Of a DNA stretch of 20,133 nt, positions 7,118-14,516 are shown piece after piece. Location of the stretch: the NCBI GenBank assembly GCA_963840855.1, contig CAWJBB010000042.1:1-20133 (forward strand), read 5' to 3'. This stretch comes from an uncultured delta proteobacterium. Lineage in GTDB: Bacteria; Desulfobacterota; Binatia; UBA9968. The notes under the pieces were generated by a model. The model saw nothing but the letters and a program-made list of their open reading frames with translations, ran no database searches and was not told where the DNA came from. Positions within the stretch are counted from its first letter, which is position 1, and each line of letters starts with the position of its first letter. The translations under genes were made by a program, and so were the position numbers.

Positions 7118-8380
7118 GTGGAAGGTATCCTCTTCCCACATGGTGTTGCCGAAGGACGGGAAGGATTGACTCATTACCGTGCCCGCGGGGGTTATGAGGC
7201 TTTGGCCAAAGCCGTCAAGGCAATTCCTGAAGAAATCATAAGAGTCATTTCCGAGGCCGGTCTGCGCGGACGGGGCGGCGCGGGCTTTCCGGCGGGGAAG
7301 AAATGGCAATTGACCCGCGAAGCCGCCGAGCAGCCGCGCTATTTAGTGATGAACGGCGGCGAAGATGAGCCAGGCAGTAAAAAAGACCGGGTGCTCATGG
7401 AAAATCTGCCGCACCTTATCATCGAAGGCGTCGTACTCGCTTCCTTCGCCATCGGCGCCTCGAAAGCCTATCTCTACATCAACGCCAACTACGACGTCGC
7501 AGCCAAGAGCATAAATGACGCATTAGCGGAAGCAAAAGCCCAAGGCTACTGGGGCGCCAACGTTCTCCGATCGGAGTTTAGTCTCGACATCGAAATTATC
7601 GCCGCGCCGCATAATTACGTCGCCGGCGAGGATACAGCGGCCTTGGAAGTTATCGAAGGAAAAAAACCGTGGCCGAGGCAAAAGCCGCCTTTCCCTGTCA
7701 CAGTTGGCCTTTTCGGCAAGCCCACGGCCGTTAATAATGTCGAGACGCTGGCGAACATCGCCCCGATTCTCTTGAACGGCGCCGAGTGGTACCGCAAGTT
7801 CGGCACCGCGGGGAGCGCCGGCACGATGATCTTTTCGCTGAATGACGACGTCAATCGTCCGGGAGTTTACGAGTTGCCCTTTGGCACGCCGTTGCGTTAC
7901 TTGATCGAACAATGCGGCGGCGGCATGAAAGGCGGCAAGAAAATCAAAGCGATCATGCCCGCGGCGCCATCATCGGCTTTTCTGCCGCCGGAAAAACTCG
8001 ACACACCGCTCGATCACGACTCAATGCGCGACGCGGGTTCCGCGCTCGGCTGTGGGGTCGTTCGCTTGATCTCCGAAGACGCCTGCATTGTCGAAGAGGT
8101 TTTGAAAATCTCCGAGTTCTTTACCGCGGAATCTTGCGGCCAGTGCCCCGCCTGCCGTATGGAAACCAATACTCTCACGATGCTGCTGAAAAAGGCGCAG
8201 CAAGGCCAGGGTGGCCAAGCCGTACTGGAACAGTGCGGCAAGGTACTTGCCTTTAACAAAGGCAAAGGGTTTTGCAATCTGATCGCCATGCCCGGCCCGC
8301 CCATCGAAAGCGCCCTTAAACTCTTTCCAGGCGATTTCGAGGCCCATCTCACCACCGGCAAGTGCCCGGCGGCGAACTAA
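7118..8380 (+). CDS. Stand-alone NuoF-like NAD(P)H:FMN oxidoreductase (complex I 51 kDa family) with [4Fe-4S] site
   Basis: GLRGRGGAGFPAGKKW, EPGSKKDR, PRQKPPFP...GLFGKPT.VNNVETL, an SLBB-like VNRPGVYELPFGTPLR.LI segment and ESCGQCPACR...GFC. Its GTG start follows the ferredoxin stop after 3 nt. No other nuo genes are adjacent. Confidence 0.9.
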   Translation: MEGILFPHGVAEGREGLTHYRARGGYEALAKAVKAIPEEIIRVISEAGLRGRGGAGFPAGKKWQLTREAAEQPRYLVMNGGEDEPGSKKDRVLMENLPHLIIEGVVLASFAIGASKAYLYINANYDVAAKSINDALAEAKAQGYWGANVLRSEFSLDIEIIAAPHNYVAGEDTAALEVIEGKKPWPRQKPPFPVTVGLFGKPTAVNNVETLANIAPILLNGAEWYRKFGTAGSAGTMIFSLNDDVNRPGVYELPFGTPLRYLIEQCGGGMKGGKKIKAIMPAAPSSAFLPPEKLDTPLDHDSMRDAGSALGCGVVRLISEDACIVEEVLKISEFFTAESCGQCPACRMETNTLTMLLKKAQQGQGGQAVLEQCGKVLAFNKGKGFCNLIAMPGPPIESALKLFPGDFEAHLTTGKCPAAN

Positions 8381-8396
8381 CTAACATTCGCAGCTC

Positions 8397-8503
8397 CGTT
8401 CAAGGTTCAAAAGTTCAAAGTTCAAGGTTTACGAGAGGTTCCGGATCAACTCCAATGCATTTTCCGGATTCAACGTTGAACATTGAACGTTGAACCTTGA
8501 ACG
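8397..8503. repeat. 107-bp palindromic element built from heptamer repeats
   Basis: Left arm has four NGTTCAA units (8397-8425) and right arm has four TTGAACN units (8476-8503). The outer 14 bp are a perfect inverted repeat (CGTTCAAGGTTCAA / TTGAACCTTGAACG). The interior has two TCCGGA palindromes. Confidence 0.8.
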
Positions 8504-8519
8504 TATCCCTCCCAATAGC

Positions 8520-8549
8520 TTGACGGTTTGAATTCCCACTTGGTAGTAT
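8520..8549 (+). promoter_or_regulatory. Putative sigma70-type promoter for the downstream catabolic array
   Basis: TTGACG (8520-8525), 18 nt, TAGTAT (8544-8549), with an extended -10 TG at 8541-8542. Confidence 0.6.
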
Positions 8550-8601
8550 CCCCATCGAGTCCCGCAGATTCGTTGCTCGTGTTCGTGGTTCGATGGGCGA
8601 G

Positions 8602-8632
8602 CTCGCTACCCTGAGCATAGCCGAAGGGCGAG
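8602..8632. repeat. REP-like hairpin related to 1856-1874
   Basis: CTCGC-TA-CCCTGAGCATAGCCGAAGG-GCGAG shares CCTGAGC-N4/5-CGAAGG with the copy at 1857-1873. Confidence 0.55.
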
Positions 8633-8700
8633 TCGGGTTCGTCCGAGCTCGAGCGCGAAAATCGAGTACGATTGGAGTGAGGCGAAAAGGGAGATAGACC

Positions 8701-9528
8701 ATGAGACTTTCACCCATCAAGTGGCCCAACGATGCCAAAATTGCCGCAAGTTTCTTTGTCGCTTTTGAAGCCTTTGAAAAATATTCGCAGTATCGCCAAG
8801 GCGGCGACAAACCGGACTATGCATCTCTCGCCTATGGCGAATACGGCGGCAAAGCCGGCATCTGGCGCATCATGGATGTATTGGCGCGCAACGGCGTTAA
8901 AGGGACCATTGATACCAACGGCCGCGTCGCCGAAGACTTTCCCGATGCTTTGAAAGAGCTGCACGCCGGCGGTCATGAGATCGTCGGTCACGGATGGGTC
9001 AATGACACAGCCCTAAGCTCACTGGACGCTGCAAAGGAAAAAGAGCTCATCAAGCGAACTCTCGACGCCCTGGCGGCCGTGACGGGCAAACGCCCCGTCG
9101 GCTGGGTCAGCCCCGGGCATCGAATCAACGATTATACGTTAGGAAATTTCGTTGACGAAGGAATATTCTGGACCGGCGATTTGCCGGGACCCGATGTGCC
9201 GCAGCATCGCATGGTCAATGGCAAACCGTTGGTCATCATGCCGCGGCTCGATTACGCCAACGATCTTTCGCTAATCTTTAACGCGAAAAATCCCGCGCGG
9301 GTTTACTTTGAGAGCTTCAAGGCCGCTTTCGACTGTCTCTACGCCGAGGGCCAAGCCGGCTCGCCGAAACTCATCGATTGTCTCGTGCACGCGCATATCG
9401 GCGGCAGGCCGAACATCATCGGGGTCTTCGAGGAATGCATCCGTTACGCCAAAGGCTTTCCCAACGTATGGTTCTCTACCAAAGGGGAAATCGCCAGATG
9501 GTACTTGGACAACTACGCGCGGAAATAG
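8701..9528 (+). CDS. Polysaccharide deacetylase-fold hydrolase, PuuE/allantoinase-like branch
   Basis: WPNDAKIA, YGEYGGKAGIWRI, GHEIVGHGW, GKRPVGWVSPG, AAFDCLYAEG, VHAHIGGRP, VWF.T.GEIARW. RBS GGGAG upstream. Confidence 0.85.
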   Translation: MRLSPIKWPNDAKIAASFFVAFEAFEKYSQYRQGGDKPDYASLAYGEYGGKAGIWRIMDVLARNGVKGTIDTNGRVAEDFPDALKELHAGGHEIVGHGWVNDTALSSLDAAKEKELIKRTLDALAAVTGKRPVGWVSPGHRINDYTLGNFVDEGIFWTGDLPGPDVPQHRMVNGKPLVIMPRLDYANDLSLIFNAKNPARVYFESFKAAFDCLYAEGQAGSPKLIDCLVHAHIGGRPNIIGVFEECIRYAKGFPNVWFSTKGEIARWYLDNYARK

Positions 9529-9543
9529 CCTTGTGAGGTGTTC

Positions 9544-10725
9544 ATGACGATTAACAGCCACGCGGTTGAAAAATATCTTTCAGAACTGAATTCGCGGGAG
9601 CTACTACTCAAGCTCACCTGGGAGGAATGGCTGGCTCTCACAGAGCCCTACGCCAACGGTGACTTCTCGAGCGCCGATGTAACCGCGCGCTACCGCCGCA
9701 ACGGCTACGAATGGGACATGCATGGCACGCTCTACACGCCGGCAAACGAAGTCAATGCCAATCGCGCCTTCGTGTGTTTTCACGGCGGCGCCGGCAGCGA
9801 GAAAATCATGGACCTCACGCCGGATGGCCGGCCCGGCTTGGCTCGCGCGCTCGCCGCTCAAGGCTTCAAAGTCCTGGCGCTTACTTATCCCGGCCACTAT
9901 CCACCGGGCGGCCTGTGGAAAACTCCCATACCCGAGCGCCAGCCGATTTATCTGATGGATCGCGAATTGCCTCAACAAGAAATCCACGATCGCAATCTCA
10001 AGTGCACTTTCAACGTCATACTACAGGGCGCGGGTTCGCTCGCCGACGAACATTTAGCCGGCAGAGAAATAATCGGCTTTGGTCATTCCACCGGCGGGCC
10101 CATGGCCGCGCATCTCACCCGCTTTTCCAAGAATACCAAAGTGATCGGCCTGGTGGGCTTTGGCAGCGGCGGCCCGGATGGCTGGCGTCTGGAGTGGCGC
10201 AATAAGACCGGCGCGGAAAAATACTCCGAAAAGCCGGTGGATCATGTGTCGCGCCGCTCGCCGGACAGTTTCAAGGAATCCGGCTACGTCGATCCCGAAG
10301 ATCTCACCCCCTGGGGCGGCGCGGACGAGTACATCCGGCTGGTAAGCCCGCTGCGCTCGCAGATGAAGACCAGCCTCTGCGACAACCAACACAACGCCGC
10401 TTTGGGTATTCTTGAAGAATATCCGAAGCGCACCGGACTCCCGCGCGAAGAATATTTCGATCACTTGCAGGAACTGGACGGCAATTGGCTGAAGTCGATC
10501 AAAGTTTTGCTCACCGTCGGCGAAAACGACAAGGGTCACTGGGTGCGCGGCGACCGTTTGGAGGACAAACGCGAGATGTTCATGGGAGCCAAGTACGCCG
10601 CCACTACGAGAGGCGCGCATGTCGTTCTCATTCCACGCTACGGCCATGTGGGCTACGCGGAACTTTACAATGAAAAGATCGCCTACCTGTGGCTGTGGGC
10701 GCACAAAGCGGGCTATTTCGATTGA
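9544..10725 (+). CDS. Alpha/beta-hydrolase fold protein of unknown substrate
   Basis: Oxyanion loop FHGGAG, YPGH, nucleophile elbow GHSTGG, acid motif VGEND and C-terminal YGHVG. GAGGTG at 9535-9540 favours ATG 9544. Confidence 0.72.
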   Translation: MTINSHAVEKYLSELNSRELLLKLTWEEWLALTEPYANGDFSSADVTARYRRNGYEWDMHGTLYTPANEVNANRAFVCFHGGAGSEKIMDLTPDGRPGLARALAAQGFKVLALTYPGHYPPGGLWKTPIPERQPIYLMDRELPQQEIHDRNLKCTFNVILQGAGSLADEHLAGREIIGFGHSTGGPMAAHLTRFSKNTKVIGLVGFGSGGPDGWRLEWRNKTGAEKYSEKPVDHVSRRSPDSFKESGYVDPEDLTPWGGADEYIRLVSPLRSQMKTSLCDNQHNAALGILEEYPKRTGLPREEYFDHLQELDGNWLKSIKVLLTVGENDKGHWVRGDRLEDKREMFMGAKYAATTRGAHVVLIPRYGHVGYAELYNEKIAYLWLWAHKAGYFD

Positions 10726-10755
10726 ATCGGCATTGGTCGCAGGGAGGAAATATCG

Positions 10756-11838
10756 ATGATATCCAGAATTTCTCACGGTGTGATCATTGTGCTGATTTTC
10801 TTGTGTCTCTCTTTGCAGGTTTCTCTATCCCACGGCGCGCAAGCGAAGCCCATGTCTGCGGCGGAACTTGCGCTGTACAAAGGAACGGACCGCGAGAAAA
10901 TCCTCATCGAGGGCGCCAAGAAGGAAGGCCAGGTCGTCTTTTACACATCGAACACCTGGGTCGCCGGCCCGATGTCGCAAGAATTTGAAAAGAAATATCC
11001 CTTCGTCAAAGCCAACGTCTGGCGCAGCGATTCGAAGGCACTGCTGAAGCGCCTCACCGAAGAAGTCACCGCTGCTCGCTACATCGCCGACGTCGTCGAA
11101 ACCAGCCCGGAATATATGTCGATTTTGTTGCGCGAAAAGATGCTTCAAGAGTATCTTTCCCCGGAGCTAAGCGCGTACGATGACGACGCAAAGATAAAAG
11201 GAAAAACCGGCGTCTTCGGCTGGACGAATCGGGAGATCTACATCAGCCTCGGATTTAATTCCAAGCTCATACCTGCGGCGGAAGCGCCCAAAAACATCAA
11301 GGACTATCTCGATCCCAAGTGGAAAGGCAAGATGTCCATCGCTGGTACCACCACCGGCGTCCAGTGGGTAGGCGCTCTTCTTGATCTGATGGGCCGTGAA
11401 TTTATGGAAAAGCTAAGCGCTCAGGAGATCAACATTCAGAATATCTCCGGAGCGGCTTTGGCAGGCCTGGTCGCGTCGGGAGAAGTGCCCCTATCGCCGA
11501 CGATCTTCAATTCCAACATCTTTACCCATAAGCAAAAAGGCGCTCCAGTGGAATGGCGACCGCTAGACCCCGTGATTGCCGGCGTCGGCACCTCAGGAAT
11601 GGTGCTCAACGCGCCCCATCCGCATGCCGCGCTATTGTTTCTCGACTATCTCCACTCAAAACTCGGCCAGGAGGTCGCCATGAAAGGCGGCCTCAGCTCG
11701 CCACGCAACGATATTGGTTCGCTGGAGCAAAAGTTCAAAAAACTCTACATCGAAAGTAAATACACGCCGGAGGAGTTCGAAAACAAGATCAACGAATGGG
11801 AAGCATTGATGCGCAAGCTCTTTATTCGCAAGCGCTGA
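10756..11838 (+). CDS. Extracellular solute-binding protein (AfuA/FbpA-like ABC family)
   Basis: Signal peptide, GAKKEGQVVFYTS, FEKKYP, DPKWKGK, KGAPVEW and APHPHAALLFLDYLHS..GQ. RBS GGAGG upstream. Confidence 0.88.
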   Translation: MISRISHGVIIVLIFLCLSLQVSLSHGAQAKPMSAAELALYKGTDREKILIEGAKKEGQVVFYTSNTWVAGPMSQEFEKKYPFVKANVWRSDSKALLKRLTEEVTAARYIADVVETSPEYMSILLREKMLQEYLSPELSAYDDDAKIKGKTGVFGWTNREIYISLGFNSKLIPAAEAPKNIKDYLDPKWKGKMSIAGTTTGVQWVGALLDLMGREFMEKLSAQEINIQNISGAALAGLVASGEVPLSPTIFNSNIFTHKQKGAPVEWRPLDPVIAGVGTSGMVLNAPHPHAALLFLDYLHSKLGQEVAMKGGLSSPRNDIGSLEQKFKKLYIESKYTPEEFENKINEWEALMRKLFIRKR

Positions 11839-11985
11839 ATGTTCTGCCGCCATGCCCGCGGTAAAAATCGGCTTGGAGTTTCGCGTCCCGGTTTGTCTAA
11901 ATTCGCGTCTCGGGAGTCTTGGGTCTCGGGTCTTCTTCCCGGACCGCAGTCCCTTGAGCCGTTTTGTATTCGAATGAGGTGAGCT

Positions 11986-13314
11986 ATGGCTAAAAAGATC
12001 ATTGATCAACTCGTAGAATATATGCTGTCGGCTCGAGACCTGCCTTTACCCGGCGAAGTCGTTGAAAGGGCGAAAAATCATCTCTTGGATACTTTGGCTG
12101 CCATTGTATCGGGTTCACAGCTCCGGCCCGGGCAATTGGGAATCCAATTCGCCCGCTCCCAGGGTGGAATTCAGGAAGCGGCGGTCTTCGGTTCGAACCT
12201 GCTGACGTCAGCGATTTGGGCAGCCTTCGCCAACGGCATTTCGGCCCATGCCGATGAGAGCGATGACTCCAACGATCGTCTCCATCCAGGCTGCTCTGTC
12301 GTTCCGGCTGCCTGGGCGATGGCGGAGCGCGAAAAGAAACCCGGTAAAGCTTTACTCAACGCCGTGGTCCTCGGCTATGACATTGCCTCGCGTTTCAACA
12401 AAGCTCTAATGACAAAGTCTACGAGCGTGGCGGGAACATTCGGCGCGGCGGCCGCCGCGGGAAGCCTGCTTGCTCTCGATGCTAAAAAGACCTGCTACCT
12501 TCTCTCGTACGCCGCGCAACAGGCATCCGGCTCAAACGCCTGGATTGGCGATGACGAACATATCGAGAAAGCATTTGATTTCGGCGGCATCAGCGGACGC
12601 AATGGCGTGACCGCGGCTCTCTTGGTCCAGGCGGGATTCACCGGCAACGCCGATGTGTTCGAAGGAGACCGCAACTTTCTCGACGAGCAATCGCCGCCGC
12701 CTGAAAAGAATGAGCTCGTAAGCGAACTGGGAACGCGCTATGAAATCACCCGCGGCTTGATAAAAAAATTTCCCACCGGCGCGCCTATGCAGGAGGCCGT
12801 CGAGGCGATGGTGCGTCTCATTGACCGGCATGGCATCAAGGCCTCGGACGTCGCCAAGGTCGTCGTTCGCCTGCCTGAAAGAGGCGCGCGGACCGTCAAC
12901 AATCGCCACATGCCCGATGTCAATGTTCAATATATTATGTCCGTCGCGTTGCTCGACGGCAAATTGAGCTTCGAAGCGGCCCATGATTATGCCCGGATGC
13001 AAGACAAGAACGTGCTCGATCTCAGAGCCCGCGTCGAACTCGTGGCCGATGAAGAAATGACCCGATCAGCGCGTCGCTACCAGGCTTCGGTTGAAGTGAT
13101 TCTGTCTCAAGGGCAGCGCTTCGAGGAACATGTGATCGACGTGCGCGGGCGGCCGCAAAATCCCATGACAGCGGCCGAGGTCGAAAACAAGGCGCGTGAG
13201 CTTATGACGCCGGTGCTCGGCACTGCGCGCGTGAACCGGTTATTTGATGCCATAAGAAACCTGGAATCGGTGGCCGACATTGGCGAGTTCCGCCCGCTGC
13301 TGATCAAGTCATGA
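11986..13314 (+). CDS. MmgE/PrpD family protein
   Basis: HLLDTLAAIVSG, AAFANGISAHADESDD...HPG.SVVPAA, GYDI, GVTAALL...GFTG and C-terminal RGRPQNPMT..EVENK. RBS GAGGTG upstream. Confidence 0.9.
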   Translation: MAKKIIDQLVEYMLSARDLPLPGEVVERAKNHLLDTLAAIVSGSQLRPGQLGIQFARSQGGIQEAAVFGSNLLTSAIWAAFANGISAHADESDDSNDRLHPGCSVVPAAWAMAEREKKPGKALLNAVVLGYDIASRFNKALMTKSTSVAGTFGAAAAAGSLLALDAKKTCYLLSYAAQQASGSNAWIGDDEHIEKAFDFGGISGRNGVTAALLVQAGFTGNADVFEGDRNFLDEQSPPPEKNELVSELGTRYEITRGLIKKFPTGAPMQEAVEAMVRLIDRHGIKASDVAKVVVRLPERGARTVNNRHMPDVNVQYIMSVALLDGKLSFEAAHDYARMQDKNVLDLRARVELVADEEMTRSARRYQASVEVILSQGQRFEEHVIDVRGRPQNPMTAAEVENKARELMTPVLGTARVNRLFDAIRNLESVADIGEFRPLLIKS

Positions 13315-13455
13315 GGTCGCGCTGAGTAATGTGGATGGCAACCGGAGCCCCTTTCGCTGATTTTCTTGGAGCGGCGCGCTGATCTCGTCCGGTCGAATTC
13401 GAAATTCTTATATTCGAAATTTAACCCCGGCACTTTGAGGCCCCTCGAGTAATTG

Positions 13456-14481
13456 ATGAAAAAAGATATTTTTAAGACCATTATTTTCGTTCTCGTGTTG
13501 CTCGCTCACCGGTTCGATGCCGCGCAAGCAGCGCAAGGGCCCGCTAAACCAGCGCCGGCAAAAGTCCGCATAAGCCAATCGGCGGTGGCCGCGCGCTCAA
13601 CGGTTCTATGGATTGCCCAGGAAAAGGGTCTCTTTGCCAAGCACGGCGTTGACATGGAGGTGGTTTATTTGCGCAGCAGCCCGCTGCAGATGACCGCGCT
13701 CTCGACCGGAGAGGTTCAATTTGCCGCCAGTGGCGGCTCGCCGTTCTTGTTCGCCGTTTCCGGCGGGCAGGATCTCAAGATCATTGCCGGCCAGGGCAAC
13801 CGGCTTTACTATCACCTCGTCGTGCGTCCGGAAATCAAGGAAGCGAAGGATCTGCGCGGCAAACGCTTCGGCGTCACTAACATCGGCGGCACCACGTGGA
13901 TGGCGACCTATTTAACACTCGAGCATCTGGGATTGGATGCCACCCGCGATCGCATCAGCATCAATGGTCTCGGCAATCAGACCATTCTCGCCCAGGCGGT
14001 CGAGGCGGGAAATATCGACGCGACACTGCTCGATCCCTTTCTGAGCCGCGGCCCCAAATCAAAAGGACTAACCGTGCTCGTTGATCTCTATCGCGCGAAG
14101 ATTCCATTCATGAGCGGCACGGTCGCTGTCAGCGGCAACTACCTGCGTGAGCATCCCGAAGTTGTCGAGGCGGTGTTGAAAGCGTTGATCGAAGCGCAAG
14201 CATTCGTCGCCGCGCCGGCTAACCGCAGCGCAGTTCTCCAAACCATGTCGCGCCACATGAAGCTGAGCAATCCGGCTTTGTTGGAGGATGGCTACCAGGA
14301 CTTGCAGGTGGGCGTTGAGAAAAAACCCTATGCTCAGGTGGACGGTCTGCGCAACATTCAGCGCATGATGGCGACTCTGAACCCCAAGGTTAAGAGCATT
14401 CGAGTTGAAGATCTTATCGATAATCGTTTTATCCGCAAACTCGATGAGAGCGGTTATATCGACAGCTTGTATAAAGAATGA
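13456..14481 (+). CDS. ABC solute-binding protein, NitT/TauT (SsuA/THI5-like) family
   Basis: Signal peptide, WIAQEKGLFAKHGVD.E, DLRGKRFGV, GNIDA and C-terminal IDNRFIRKLDESGYIDSLY. Confidence 0.88.
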   Translation: MKKDIFKTIIFVLVLLAHRFDAAQAAQGPAKPAPAKVRISQSAVAARSTVLWIAQEKGLFAKHGVDMEVVYLRSSPLQMTALSTGEVQFAASGGSPFLFAVSGGQDLKIIAGQGNRLYYHLVVRPEIKEAKDLRGKRFGVTNIGGTTWMATYLTLEHLGLDATRDRISINGLGNQTILAQAVEAGNIDATLLDPFLSRGPKSKGLTVLVDLYRAKIPFMSGTVAVSGNYLREHPEVVEAVLKALIEAQAFVAAPANRSAVLQTMSRHMKLSNPALLEDGYQDLQVGVEKKPYAQVDGLRNIQRMMATLNPKVKSIRVEDLIDNRFIRKLDESGYIDSLYKE

Positions 14482-14516
14482 TCCCGTCGCCACCGCGCAT
14501 GAATTCGAGGTCAATA

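Noticed and set aside
7118-8380. Calling this gene nuoF of respiratory complex I, or a hydrogenase/formate dehydrogenase subunit
   Set aside because: No nuoG or other nuo, hox, hnd or fdh gene is adjacent, several canonical motifs are altered, and the partner lacks the NuoE N-terminal helical domain.
8397-8503. CRISPR array or autonomous IS
   Set aside because: The units are 7 bp with no unique spacers, and there is no cas or transposase gene in the window.
8415-8810. 131-aa minus-strand ORF across the intergenic region
   Set aside because: It is a translation of heptamer and REP-like repeats (FKVQRSMFNVE) and overlaps the start of the next gene.
9544-10725. Alpha/beta hydrolase as an epoxide hydrolase replacing BoxC
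   Set aside because: Its nucleophile motif is GHSTG (Ser), not the Asp-type motif of alpha/beta epoxide hydrolases. It also lies behind a separate predicted promoter.
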